A stretch of DNA of 63,797 nt, the filler included, from Reticulomyxa filosa (taxonomy: Eukaryota > Protista > Foraminifera), in NCBI GenBank assembly GCA_000512085.1. It is 13 parts of 13 records of this genome, joined end to end, with 100 filler letters (N's around TTAATTAATTAA, not from the genome) between each part and the next. Parts side by side here need not be neighbours in the genome. Positions count along the whole stretch, not along the records: positions 1 to 5,660 come from ASPP01008964.1; positions 5,761 to 20,944 come from ASPP01001175.1; 11 more parts are not named here. The stretch is one strand, 5' to 3'. The position numbers and the translations under genes are program-made. The notes below the pieces were generated by a model. That model was not told where the DNA came from. It did no database searches and worked only from the letters and a program-made list of their open reading frames with translations. This document shows positions 1 through 13,275 of the stretch, piece by piece. Within the stretch, counting starts at the first letter, position 1. Each line of letters opens with the position of its first letter.

Positions 1-24
1 AATAATAATAATAATTTAATAAAC

Positions 25-1283
25 ATGAGTTCTCGCAGCATTGCTGATAAAGTGAAACCTCTGCTATGCACAATATTCGGTGGTATTTGCTTTGCAGCAG
101 GAAGTTGGCAAATACAAAGGAGAAAGCAAAAGATTGCTTACCTCGACTACATGACAGATAAAATAAACACGGAAGCAGTTCCGTGTCCAAAGTCGATGAG
201 TTTGGAAGAGCTCGAAAAAAAAAAGTTTACAAAAGTAAAAGTGGAAGGGATTCCGGATTTCAGCAATGAAATCCTCGTAGGGCCAAAGCATGCCCCAGGG
301 GGTATGCGTTCCACCAATGGGACAAGAGGAGGATATGTGTACACACCAATCAAGACAGATGACGGGTAATTATGTATCATCTTTCTGATGATATACGAGG
401 GTAATTTTTTTATCAATCTATTTATTCTTTTTTTTTTTTTTTTTTGATAGTTATGTTTATTCAATTACAAAAGACAAGCTTTTTTTTTTTTAAGGTTCAT
501 GGTCACAAAATAAGTTAGAGAATGTATATGATATATATGCATGTGTATGTATGTGTGTGGGCAGTACAGTGTTATTGAATCGTGGATGGCTTCCTGATCA
601 CGAAGCTAACGATTGGCCTGAAAAGGGGTTAGAGTCGAATAAAAAGATGTCATTTATTGGATATTTGGAGCCGTTCATACCCACAGTTTTGTGTGCTCCC
701 TATTATATACGCATATGTATAATTTTGTTGAAAAAAGTAAATGCAAAAGCGAGACACAAAATTTCTGGAAATTTCGTGTCTTTGCTTATTTTTTTTTTTC
801 CCCCCCCCCTCTTCCCTTCCCTTCTCGTTTGTATGCTAATTCTATTACCATATGCACTTGGGACAAATAAACAAAAAGTTGTTGGAAGATTACATTGGTG
901 AATTCGATGTGAAAGAACAAAGTATGTGGCCCTATATGAACATCGAGAAGATAAATAAACGATGGACAGATATAGGAATTTGTATTAAAAAAAATGAGGC
1001 TCCTGTAATTGTGGATGTTACTTCACCCAAAGTCGCAGCGAATGAATATCCGCAAAGATATTCGGAAAAACGCTTTTTAGATGTTAGTGTCACGCCTATG
1101 CAACACAGTGCCTATGTTGTCACGTGGTATTTTATGTCGGCTCTTTGCTTTAGCTATGCTTTCCTCTTTTGGAAAAATCCCACCGCTAAAGGCTTGCTTC
1201 AGTCTTCCAAAGGCAAAAAAAGACACACCCTTTCCAGAAGTGAAATGATGCAAAGAGGAGAAAGAAACTTCAAAAATGTTTAA
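25..1283 (+). CDS. SURF1: SURF1/Shy1 cytochrome c oxidase assembly protein, 3 exons (25-365, 565-685, 879-1283)
   Basis: Motifs G-x-WQIQRR, YVYTPI, LLNRGWLP and H-x-x-Y-x-x-TWY, with N- and C-terminal TM helices. GT-AG introns 366-564 and 686-878 keep the frame. Confidence 0.9.
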
Positions 1284-1679
1284 AGAACAATTTTTTGTTT
1301 TTGTTTACAAATATTTTGGATGCTTTACTCGAAGTGGTTTGGACGATGTGTACCTACAAAAAAAAAACACCAACTTCAATTATCGCATTACATGTTAAAA
1401 ATTTGTATTGATTTAATTAAAAAATCCTTCTCAATCCTCAACGTTTAATTTTTGTTATACCTTTCAATTGTTCATTTTTTAATTGCAACAACTGAAAAAT
1501 TAAGCGAAATAAGAATTTATGCACACTTGGCCCGTATTTTTATTAATGATCAGTCGTAAAACTGACACTATCTTCTCTTCGTTTTAAAAACTTAAGTAGA
1601 AATAAAAAAAACTTGGATTGCTGTCCGTTAAAAATTGTCATTGAGACCGAACTGTAAGAGCAACGAACTACTGATTTAA

Positions 1680-3925
1680 ATGGATCTGGAAGATAAAGCA
1701 GACACAAGTGACGTTTCGACTTCCTTTATGATTTTATCCTTTTTGCCAATTCAACTTTCTCAAAGCCAATGTATTGCCTACAAACACGAGATTCTTCTTT
1801 GTGGGGGTTTATGGAATAATGAGTGTTATTCCTACCATACTCTCAAAGATAAATATAATTTCATTTGTTCATATCCAAGGGATGTTATAATAGGTGGTCA
1901 TTGTGTGGTGAAACTAGAGAAGGACAATCCTGACGATCTTACCTTGCTATCTTTTGGTGGAAAAAACAAACATACTTTGATAATGAAATATAAGAGTGTT
2001 TGGGATGATACAAATAAAAACGAAATCGATAAAACAAAATATTACAATCAATGGTTACCTTTGACTAACGATCGAAATCAGCCAATTTGCATTGGAAGAG
2101 AACAAGATAATTATTTTGGATTGCGTGCAGTGATTGGTGGAAGCAATAATAATTTGCTATTCATTACTTATTATCCAAGGAATATAGATGTGTTTGATAT
2201 GAATATATTCCGATATATTAATCACGATATTTTACCAATTGAAGATTGTTGTTATATACGTGATCATTGCTTAACAATGAGGACAAATGAAAAGACAAGC
2301 AAGTTGATGTTATTTTGTGAAAAGACAGGATTATCCATTGAATATGACGAAATCAATAATTCATTTCAATTCCATAAAAAATGGGTTTGCACGACTATTA
2401 GATCATTGAGATATTACGCATTTGTATATACCAATGATGTTATCTTATTTTTTGGTGGATGCAGTGCAGTCGGTATGTTTGTGGTAAAAACAGTGCATAA
2501 GTATTCAATAAAGGAAAATAAATGGACCAAATATGAATGCACTCTACCTATTTCACTATGTGATTGTGTTGGAGTATTGAGCGAAGACAATGTATATCTA
2601 CATATTCTCGGTGGATTCGATGGAAAGAAAGAGACATCAATACATTTGAAAACCAATGTAAATATATGGATAAAAGATGAGACAGAAAGAGAGAAAGAAT
2701 GGATTGAAGAGGAAGAGGAAAAAAAAGAAATTGAAACTGTAAAAAAAGAAATGGACAAAATAAAACAAGATCTTTGTATACAAAAATTAAAAGTTAAGTT
2801 TAGAAACTGTTAGGGTAACAATTCAAAATATGACATGTTCGAGTTACGCGATGGAACAATACAGATATACAAAACTGTCAAAATGTTTGCAGAAAATTAC
2901 ACTCGACAATATTTAATACATTTTGGATGGGCTGACGATCTTAACATAATTATTACACGATATATTTTGGTATGTTTCAATTTAAAGTTATCTTTTTGTT
3001 CATTTATTTATTTATTAGTAAATTAAAAATAAAAACAGAGGAAATATTTTAAATTGCAAAAAGAATTACGTGTTGATTTCGGTATTGTAAACAGTGTACA
3101 ATTTTCATCTGATGGAACCAAAATTCTTTTAGCTTCAAAGGATAAGACAGTTCGATTATTGAGCGTTGAATTGGGAACAGAACTTCAAGTGTTGCAAGGA
3201 CGTTCACTTTGGGTTAATGGAGCACAATTCTCGCCGGATGGGAATACGATATTATCGTACTCAAATGACAAAACTATCCGATTGTGGGATATCAATTCAG
3301 GAATAGAAATAAAAACATTTAGAGGACATTCGAATTGGATAACAAGTGCTCAGTTTTCCCCAGATGGTAATGCAATTATTTCCTACTCATGTGATGAAAC
3401 TATTCGAATGTGGGATGTAGATAGTGGGATAGAGATAAAAAAATGACAAAATTTTCAAAGAAAATAAGTGATATACAATTTTCACCAAATGGTAAACTTC
3501 TTGCATTAGCATTTAATGAAATCATTGAAATTTGGGATGTAAATTTAAGCAGAAGAATGAAGAAATTAAAAATTGGCACAGATCCTGTATGCAAGATACA
3601 GTTTTCTCGAGACAGTCAAACTCTTGTTTCCTGTTTGAGTAACGGAAGTATTCAAATATGGGACATACAATCAAACCAAAAATTGAAAACATTACAAGGA
3701 CATAAAAATGCTGTAATAGATGTGAAATTTTTATCCGATGGTCAAACTATTGTCTCTTGTTCAAAAGATAAAACAATTCGATTATGGGATGTGAAATTAG
3801 GGATAGAATTACAAGAATTAAAAAGATATTCTGACTATTTAACAAGTATGGATATATCATCTGATAACAATATAATTGTATCTTGTTCAAAGAATAAGAC
3901 TATTCGGTTTTGGAGGCGATTATGA
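1680..3925 (+). CDS. Kelch-like propeller + coiled coil + linker exon + WD40 protein (exons 1680-2791, 2865-2969, 3039-3925); one frameshift at the A6 run 3437-3442
   Basis: Kelch GG motifs (LLCGG, SFGG, VIGG, FFGG, ILGG) and WD40 repeats (GH...FSPDG...S.D.TIRLWD). Exon structure is the same as the intact paralogue at 44513-46885. Confidence 0.8.
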
Positions 3926-4369
3926 GAATATAAATGTATACAAGATAAAACTTATTATTAATTTTTGTTTTGAAAAAAAAATGTTTTCTGAAAAGGATAT
4001 AAAAAGAGGATATGTCTGAAAATAAAATATTCCTATTTTTTTGAATAAAGAGTTCCTTGAGATACAGTCTATTTCTTTGAAAAGAGCGTAATTCAAACAC
4101 CTTACAGTTTCAAATGGCCTGTATTATTGAAGTGATTAAACAAATTCTTTATGGGAACTGTTAACAACTAAAATTATTTATATGATCAATTTTTTCTTAA
4201 TTCAAAAACCCTCTTTTTGAAATCTATTTGTTCGTATTCAACACAGTAAATGTGCTACTGTAACGAATTAGTCAGAAAAAAAGACAAAATTAATTATTCA
4301 AAATTGGACTCGGATTTTAGACATCCAACACAATACTTGAGCGGCGATTACTTTGCGTGCGCTTAAGGA

Positions 4370-4456
4370 GATTCTCCAGTTCTATGTGTTGATATTTCAG
4401 CAGATGGAAATACAATTGCATCAGGTTCGGACAAATCAATTCGAATATGGAGATAA
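4370..4456 (+). pseudogene. 3' remnant of a WD40 gene
   Basis: Translates to CVDISADGNTIASGSDKSIRIWR*, matching the last blade of neighbouring WD40 genes, with no upstream frame. Confidence 0.6.
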
Positions 4457-4664
4457 TGTTACGTATATGCTTTTTTTTAACAATAAAAGGGATTATGTTT
4501 CTATTCAACTTGACGAAACATTAAATGAATTTGAAAGTTTTTTTGAGATTTTTTAAGTGAGATTTCAAAAAGAACAAAACAAAGAGACTTTTAATTTTTG
4601 ATACATGAACGAATCTTTAATTTTGTTAAAATTTCAAAAAAAAAAATCAAACGTTCTCTATGTT

Positions 4665-5660
4665 TTAATTATTCACGAGTGTCCACAGACGAATTGTTTC
4701 ATCTATAGAAGATGACACAATAATATTGCCATCCGGAGAAACATCTATTCCTGTTATATTTTTATTATGTCCTTGCAATTGTTGTATTTCCGTTCCTGTT
4801 TTCAAATCCCATAATCGAAGTATTTTATCATGGTTATGTAATGCTACAATAGTTTGTTCGTCTTCAAGAAATTGGATATTTATTATCATGTTGTAATTCA
4901 AATAAAATTGTTTTAATTGCGCTCTAGATGTTATATCCCATAATCGAATTGTTTCATCACTTGAACTAGACACAATGAACAAGCCATCTCGAGAAAATTG
5001 TGTTGCAGATACTTGACTTTTATGCCCTTTGAGAGTATCAATCATATCACCAGATTTTACATCCCAAATTCGAATTATTGTGTCATTTGCTAATGATATA
5101 AGTTGTTCACCATTTGGCGAATATTTTACATCAAGTAAAAAACCTAAATATTTTATTCTTTTAATTTCTTGTCCAAATTGTACACTCCATATCCTTATAG
5201 TGCCATCTAACGATGCAGATACAATATTTTTTCCATCTGGTGAAAAGCATATACTTTTTACAATATTTGTATGCCCTTCTAATCTTAATTGCTCCACACC
5301 TGAGTTTATATCAAATAATCGAATAATTCTATCATATGAGCATGATGCAATGAAAGTACTATCTGGTGAGAATTGTAACTTATCAATAGTAGATGAATAA
5401 TCACTTAATACGTGCATTTTTTTTTCTAACTTTGCATCCCATATTTCAATTGTTTTTTGCGATAGAAATAATAACACAATTTTGGTGCCATCAGGTGAAA
5501 ATTTTACACTACTCGCATATCTGGAACTCAATTGAAATACTTTTAATGGTTTATAATATTTACTCTTTTTTTTTTATGTATATATAATCTTATTGATGTA
5601 TTATTCTTCAAAAAAAAAAAAATTACCAAAATATATTTTAGAGTAATGATAGTAAAATCA
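4665..5660 (-). CDS. WD40 protein of the Kelch-WD40 family, 5' end cut by the contig end
   Basis: About 7 WD40 repeats. The upstream partial linker exon (DFTIITLKYIL|gtaa, ~5625-5660) splices to SKYYKPLKVF. Confidence 0.85.
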
Positions 5661-5760
5661 NNNNNNNNNNNNNNNNNNNNNNNNNNNNNNNNNNNNNNNN
5701 NNNNTTAATTAATTAANNNNNNNNNNNNNNNNNNNNNNNNNNNNNNNNNNNNNNNNNNNN
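5661..5760. other. Artificial contig spacer N44-TTAATTAATTAA-N44; also at 20945-21044, 35111-35210, 38468-38567, 39640-39739, 43210-43309, 48269-48368, 49525-49624, 52768-52867, 55518-55617, 57294-57393, 60672-60771
   Basis: The same 100-nt block, carrying stops in all six frames, occurs 12 times and cuts genes. Confidence 0.98.
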
Positions 5761-5802
5761 TTTTTTTTTTTTTTTATATAAATAATGTATCTATATCTAT
5801 AG

Positions 5803-6984
5803 ACAGGTGCAGCGGCAAATTTAGATGAGACAACTTGCAATTCCCAAAGTGGCTACACGTGGGCTGGGTTTTCGTGGAATGCGGATGCCCCAAAGTGTGT
5901 TAACAGCTACTATACTCGCGACAATTACCTCGGCAACATCGATGGTTCGACGCGAGGTGGCAAGATGGCGGGCTATGACTGGATTTTGCCAACAGTTTCA
6001 GATCTGAATACCAAACACTACTGTTATCAATACGATTACTCCATCTCCGATTCCAGCGATTCATCGGCAGATAGCACGGCATCGATTACCTGTGTGCGAA
6101 TGATGTTCAGATTACGATATAACATCAGCACAATGGATTATGATCCTTACAACACCGACTCCAGCAAGAACCAGGACAATAACGCCGGAGTGATTTCGCC
6201 CATTGAGCAAAACCCGACCGTCGATGTTGGAGTTTATGCACAAGGCTTGCGCTTGGCCATCAACACCGCTCAAACAGGCCGAACTTTCCAAGACAACACG
6301 CACACTTTTTTGGTTTGCAAACGACCAAGCAATGCCTTGTGGAAAGATGCCAAAGTGTACAATGTAAATGTCCGCGGCAAGAGAGGAAACATTGTGGAAA
6401 CGTTCCCAGCCATTGAGTACGATTTCGAGCCTCAAATTGTGTTTGTCAAGCCAAACGAGTGTATGCACTTTCAATGGGAAGGTAGCAACACCCACAACAA
6501 TGGCAATCCTGGTGGAGATGGACAAACTGGTGATGCTGGCGAAGGTCGAGAAGGCAGTGATCGATCCAACTTAGCTCAAACGCGTGCTATGGACGAGAGT
6601 TATCCGCTGACTTATGATAAACTCACTCCGACATTTTTCGATTATGTCAAGTGCTACCATCCTCTGTTCCCGCAAACATCCGTTTCCTCTCAAGATTGCC
6701 AGTTGACGTTGGGAAGTGCTGGATTTTACAGAAGTGTCAATGATGCTAAGTCCCTGATTGCCAGCTCATCCACAGATACAGGAGTTTTAGACTATTTGCT
6801 GAATAACGTCAGTGGAGCTTTTCGGCAAGGTATCATTGTGTGTATCAATGACAATGCCCTCAGCAGCTCCAGCGACACCAAGGAATTTAGTTTCATCTCG
6901 ACCAGAAACAACAACTTTACAAACCGATCTCAAAAATTAAAAGTGGTGATTACCATGAACCCCGAGGATGGCTCTCTCTGGTAA
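5803..6984 (+). CDS. Protein DD3-3-like, last exon (5' part missing)
   Basis: Open frame from the AG at 5801-5802. Motifs TRDNYLGN, RLRYNIST, LRLAINTAQTGRTFQD, NVNVRGKRGNIVETFPAIEYDF, GDGQTGDAGEGREGSDRSN and STRNNNFTNRSQK match my recollection of the DD3-3 family. Confidence 0.8.
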   Translation, partial: TGAAANLDETTCNSQSGYTWAGFSWNADAPKCVNSYYTRDNYLGNIDGSTRGGKMAGYDWILPTVSDLNTKHYCYQYDYSISDSSDSSADSTASITCVRMMFRLRYNISTMDYDPYNTDSSKNQDNNAGVISPIEQNPTVDVGVYAQGLRLAINTAQTGRTFQDNTHTFLVCKRPSNALWKDAKVYNVNVRGKRGNIVETFPAIEYDFEPQIVFVKPNECMHFQWEGSNTHNNGNPGGDGQTGDAGEGREGSDRSNLAQTRAMDESYPLTYDKLTPTFFDYVKCYHPLFPQTSVSSQDCQLTLGSAGFYRSVNDAKSLIASSSTDTGVLDYLLNNVSGAFRQGIIVCINDNALSSSSDTKEFSFISTRNNNFTNRSQKLKVVITMNPEDGSLW

Positions 6985-8089
6985 AAGAATAGAAATGTGA
7001 AAATTAAAAAAAGAATGAGTTTGTAATTTTTTTTTCTATGTTGCCACTCAACAAAAGACGCATTTTTTTTTGTTCATGGGGTTGTTTATTGGACTTCCAA
7101 AGGGAAATACTGCTCTTTTTTTTTCCAGCCATTGAATCTTAATAATATTTCTCGTGGTTTTAATCACACTTTTACTGTATGGTAATCCTTTTGCAATGTA
7201 ACTTTTTCACTCGAGGCATTTCCTCGAGAACCTTCTCTTATCTTCCAGCGACTCTTATTTGTTCATAAGAAAATTTTTCTTAGAAACAATACCGTTCCAG
7301 ACATTATTGACAGTGGTTGATCACAATAAAATCACATTACTCACATAATTTGCATATTCACTCAGGGTATTGACACGTGACAAAAACAGAATATATCACA
7401 TGCCGGTGAATATTCATAAATGAAAACAGTTCGCATGTTGGAGAGCTCTCTCTTTAGTGGTCAAAAAAAGTTTAGTTTACCGAATCACAATGAAAATAAT
7501 TTTTTTTCAATTAAAACATCAGCAAAACGTCTAGTAATTACTTTCTTTATAATAATTTTTGGAAAAAAAATTAAAAAAATTATAAATCGTGCTATTCTAT
7601 AACGTGAAGCAGTCCACCAAATTCGCCATCACATACTCAAGCCAACGGCAGCCGATAAGAACATACATAAGAGCTAATTTTAATATACTACCATTGAGGT
7701 AGTACAAAACCTCATTATGCTCTTGCTTCATTACCTTATATATTTTTCATGCATTTAATTTTCGTCGCAGTTATATGACCATTACTGAGAAACATACACA
7801 AAACGCTTGTGATAAAAATCATTAATAAAACATGAGTTTTGCAGACAAACTCTTCAAAGCAAAAGGAAAATTTTAAATTGCTTTCTTTTATTTCAAAAAA
7901 GCTTTTTGTTTTGTCTAAATTTTCATTAGCTCAGTAAAAAAGTATTGGATTTTTTTGAAGAAATTTCAGATTGATCGATGACTTAAAAGCTATAAAAAAA
8001 AATTTAAACCAAAACACTGAAATAACGAAAAGAACACATTTTTTTGCAAAAATTCAAGTGGTCTTTTCAAATAAAAATAAATTTAATCA

Positions 8090-9760
8090 ACATCATCAAT
8101 TTGAGGACAATCACTTGGTCCACTGGCATTTTCGCCAGAACAACCAAAATTGCCCATATTGTGAATTCCTCATTGCATGCCACTACAAGCTCTTCCTTGA
8201 TCACAAATATTGTAAATGTTCATTATAATTTGATTCATTCTTTTTATCTTTTGCTGATATGCCGATCATCGTAGTGTCCCCCGTGAGATTTCCATTGACG
8301 ACATTGCCAATTGCATCACTTCCTCCCGCTGCTTTGGAGAGATTACCTTTATCACCTTTCGAAGATGAGTCCGAATTGAGTGCTGACGACGGCGATTGAA
8401 ACATTGAAAAGGAGTCCTTCTAGCAAATGTTTTTGATGAGTATGTAGTACTCATTCTCCATCAAGTCGTCCGACTTCTTCGCGTTGTTCGAGTAGTCGCT
8501 CAAAAACATCTTTTTCAAACCAAGTCGTCGATAGGTGACTTTTCACGAATTTTCCGATCCATTGCAAAGTGATGTTTCAATGGGAGCACGTTATAAAACT
8601 CTTTGAAAAATTTTTTCACTTTGCTAATTTCTTCCACAATCAAATTGTTCAATGATACAATAAAGGTTTCTTTCAATCCACTGATCATTTGATTGATAAT
8701 GTTTTGCAAAATCTATCATTATTTATTATTGTCACAACTTACAAATAAAATAAAATAACTCAACTTTGGTAATTAAAGTGAAGCGGCGACGGATTTGTTT
8801 GGATTGTTGTTTGTGTACTTTGGTTTGCTCGTGATCATACAGCTGAATACGCAGATTAAAAATACGTAAAAAGATGAAACCACGTACCAAAGACTATGCG
8901 ATTTTCTCATTGTCATGTTCGTATACTTTGCTGTGCGATAATTCGATCAATTTTTTGCACAGTATAATCAGCCAATGGGATAGTTGTCAGCGTTGATTAT
9001 TCGATTTATTATATGCTTTACAAATTTCCGTAGTTTTTATCGTCTTTGTGCACACAAGTTTTGGATTTTTTGGTCTTTTATGTCTGCTTCTTCTACTTGA
9101 ATCAACATACCTTCAAACCTTTTTTTTCATTAAAAAAAAAAGTATGTACTAGTTTTAAGGGAGTGGGCACGCATGTGAAGAGAAGGATATAAGTAACTGC
9201 TTCGATATATATTTCCAAATTTTCTCCAGGATTTTTCAGGCAAAATTTTCCACATTCTTTAGGCTTGGAGTAATTTTGTTGCGGTGGTGTTCTCACGAAG
9301 ATGATCGTATTCATATTTCATTACATCTTTTTTTTTTTGGGACCGTTATGCGTGTGTATGTATACAAAAGATGTGGTGCAAAAAAGAAAAATTGATTAAT
9401 TTGAAAAATCCTTGTTCCTAGAAAAAAAAAACAAAGCTAACACAAACTACGAAACTTCGATGATCCTGATCATAATTGCTCTTGCATTTTGTCGTAATGG
9501 TTCGGTAATATTCCATTGGTCAGCAGATTCGCCAGTCTTTATATGTTAGTAAAATGCGGATCAAAATATAATCTTGCCAACAAAGATGGATTGGTGTACG
9601 TTATTCCAAATATCTCTTCGTCCACCCATACAAGTGTAAACTTAAAAAAAAAGAGGAAAGATAAAGAGATGATAAAATCTGCAAAACTGTTGCTCATTGA
9701 TACAACTCAATGAAGCTGAAGGGTATTGTTTTTTGCACGTTTCAAAAAATCCTAAAGAGA
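8090..9760 (-). pseudogene. RasGAP (IQGAP/Gap1-type GRD) pseudogene
   Basis: Hand translation gives TNPSLLARL, LEIYIEAV, YPIG..CKKL, LVRGFIFLRIFN (FLR motif ~8861-8888) and RRRFTLITK|ILQNIINQ across intron 8713-8764. It has in-frame stops and frameshifts. Confidence 0.7.
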
Positions 9761-12058
9761 ACGACAAAACATAAGAAGATAACACTTATTTTACATTTGT
9801 AATTATTAATTTTTGTCTAATTCGTTATTTGTTAATCGTACAGCTTACAATGGCCACACAAAATATAACAAAATTATGCGTCTGAAATTTTTATTGAAGA
9901 GAAATTACCAGACATCAAATTTTACGTAATACTGAACTTTTCTTTTAAATAAAAAAAGAATTCTGATTTTTTTTACAAACCAACGAAACAGTGTAGCTTC
10001 GTCAACGTCGGAGTCCTTTTACTGAAATTTATTGCTTCAAGTGAAGTTCAAATATATGTACAGCTTTTGGACTTTCCTCAAAATACTCTTTCGACATTTT
10101 ATCGATTGTTTAGTTTAGTTTTCTCAACGAAAATTTAAAAAAGTCTTCAGAACTACTTTATCATGGCATATGCAGACATCAATGATTATAAAATATTTTG
10201 ATATTATATTTGGGCTTCTACATGAATACTTAAAAATACATTCACTAAGAAAGAAACTATAACATCAGCTTTAATCATTTAAAAAGTGTTTTCTTCAAAA
10301 AGGCTATTGCTTGATATTCAGCGGCATTGATAACTGGGATAATCAAATCTTTCAAATTTTGAAGGGCTGTAAATAGTCTCAATGTATAACGTAGAAGTTG
10401 TAATACAAAAGTGTCTCTCATTTGAATAAATTTCATTGAGGCAAAATTTAATTAAAGAACAAGATAGGTTTTCAAAGATTCACTTGTGACAATATATACG
10501 TTTAGAAAGAATTGATTTTGATAAAATACGTTAAAGAAAAACTCTTAATTGCAAATTTTGTGAAATTTCCTGTGTTTTTTCATACAAAATAACCTTTATC
10601 AAAATGTTCCATAATCTATCATATTTTGAGTCATCTTTCTTAAATTCACTTTTCAGCTGTAGAATGGAATGGTAGAACTGAAATAGAGGTCCCTATTTTG
10701 TCCACAATCAATAGGAAAGACGCACGTGTGCAAGATAACTCACTGATTGATTTTGCATGTGATATTTCGATTCTTTTGCATTGACCTTTTAGTCAAAACA
10801 GGTTCAAAACTTAAAATTCTTTAATCATGATTTCAGCATTATTTTATTCTGCATTTTTTCTATCAATATTTACGCATAAATGGAATTTTTATATACATAA
10901 TTTGTAATTAAATGTGTCATTATTCCGCTTTGTTTGCAATATCATATGTAGCAAGTACACAAGTTTGATATTTATCGAAAAATAGTTTAAAAAAAGACAA
11001 TACTTTCTATCTTTTAAACAAATATTACAAAAGTAAGAGCCTTTTAATCTTGTATTTGTTGAAGAGAATATGAAAGACAATTATATGATAATTTTAGTAT
11101 TCATGATGATAATACGAAAGAAATCACACTGCGTCAGAAGGTTATATTATTATTAATCACAATCATCTTAAAAAGTTGTTTCAATTTTTCAAAATGAGTT
11201 GAATAAGAAAGTTCAAACATATATATTCGACAAAACTAGAAATAAAAAAAAATTTGTTTAAGAAAGACAAGAAAAAGAAAGTTATGACAAATGATTGAAA
11301 AGTTTTCAAAGTATGGAAACAAGTGCAGTATGTTAAAAAAAAAATAATCGATTTTCTTATGAAAAGCAAACACTTAAACCTAATTTTTTAAAAAATATAT
11401 GAAATTAATCATTCTTTTATATATTTTTGAAATTTGCAAGAATGCGTATAATTTGTATTTGATGTTTTAAAAGCGTTCTTTTGAATTTTATTGTTTCCTT
11501 TTTTTTTTGATAGCGTTGTGCGTTGACTATTTGGTTTTTAATTTAAAATTACCTTTTTTTTTTTTGTATAAGCAACCTTTGTTCAAGCGCTGTTAGCGTT
11601 AGCAAGCAAAATTAAATAGTTCAGCTTTAAAGTTTGACAAAATATCCCATTGTAAATAAATAATTATCCATACTTTGCTGATAATCGATTTGTTTGGAAA
11701 AATCATTTATTGTTCTTCTTTGCACAGTTATAACTCAAATTTATCATCTTTAATAATATTGTTTACATACGATTGACCGGTAAAGTGTTTTGAAATATCG
11801 TCCATTTGCCGTACACTGATTTTGAAACAATTTGATTAAAAATTGCACATTGGATACACACAACAAACAGATAATTGATGATATTTAAAAGTGTTGTTAT
11901 CCAACTTTTTCTTTAAAAAATACAAAGAAAATATTTATTGAATTTCAATTTGTCAAAAAAGAGCATGTAGAGAAAAAAATCAACTTTCTAAAAGGTCAAA
12001 ACTTTTAATCAAACTTTCAAAAAAAAAGCATTTCATTACTTATTCAACAAAAATTAAA

Positions 12059-13275
12059 TTATCCCCAAATATGAATGGAACCTTTGTCCGAACAATAACA
12101 TAAATTACAATCATATGTAACATTATTTGTTTTTTCTTTCTTTTCCAATGCAATAAATTTAAGACAAGAAATTATAGAATCACATTTGATAACATGTAAT
12201 GCATTCTTATTTGATCGAATATCCCAAAAATGAATTGTATGATCCAATGAAGATGAACATATCGCATTTGGATTAAAAATATTATTTTTTATAAATAGTG
12301 AATATTCAACACAAGTACACAATGTGTATGTCCATTGAATGATTGAATTTGTTGATAAGATCTAGTATCCCACAAACGAACACTATTATCAGATGATCCA
12401 GATAATATTGTGTTCACTAATTCATTTGATACGTATTTTACACTATTGATAAAATCTATATGTCCTTGGTATATATTTAATTGTTTTGTCGTTTCAATAT
12501 CCCATATGCTGGTTGTTCTATCAGTTGATCCAGAACAAATTGTATATCCATTTCCACCAATTACACCAATATTATTTATTTTATTATCATTTTCATTATT
12601 GCTTTGTAATGGTGAAATATCAATACACCAAACATAATTTTCATGTCCATTGAAAACATGAAATGACTTTGGTATTTCAATGTCCAATAAATTAATTGTA
12701 TTGTTGTATGATCCAAAACATAAATATCTACTACCAGTAAATTGTGAAAATTCAATTCCACCAACATGATCACTGTGTTTAAATATTTGTAATTGTTGAT
12801 TATCTTTAAAATCCCAAAAACGAATGGTACTGTCATGTGACGAAGAACAAATGACATTTGACGGTACTTATAATAATGATAAGGTGAGAATTTTACACAA
12901 TTTACAGAAGCAGAATGTTATTGAATGATTGAAACAATTTGTTGTTATCAACATCCCATACACAAATAGTTTCATCTTTTGATCAGGAACAAATGAATTG
13001 ACAATCATCGAATATCGAATAATCAATATTCCACACAATACCATTATGTCCAGCGACGTATTAATTGATTTGAGTGACGATCGAAGCATGTCAAACATAA
13101 ATTGAACATCATGTTAAATGTTTAAATATTTTTGTTTGTTATTTTTTTAAAAAGAAAATACAAATGAACTAACATAATTGACGAAAATTTTTCTAATTCA
13201 TTTATCCAGCCAAATTTGACTTGCAATACACGGATCCAGTATTGCAAAATTACTTGAATAACTTCTTCTTCGTAC
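12059..13275 (-). pseudogene. WD40 gene ('NNIGVIGGNGYTICSGS' subfamily) with several frameshifts
   Basis: WD40 blades are split over 4 ORFs. The linker exon EEVIQVILQYWIRVLQVKFGWINEL lies at ~13174-13275, and the C-terminus is KGSIHIWG*. Confidence 0.85.

Noticed and set aside
5705-5716. Recurrent TTAATTAATTAA palindrome as a biological repeat or CRISPR-like element
   Set aside because: It is always centred in an N44 pair and is an artificial six-frame-stop linker. ORFs ending in 'XXXLIN' are artefacts.
8894-9541. TAA/TAG reassigned to Gln (alternative genetic code)
   Set aside because: Intact genes here end in TAA (SURF1, DD3-3, the GTPase, WD40), long ORFs have no in-frame TAR, and this locus also has frameshifts.
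10100-10620. Possible decayed HEAT-repeat (NACHT family) remnant
   Set aside because: The resemblance is faint and no frame could be reconstructed.
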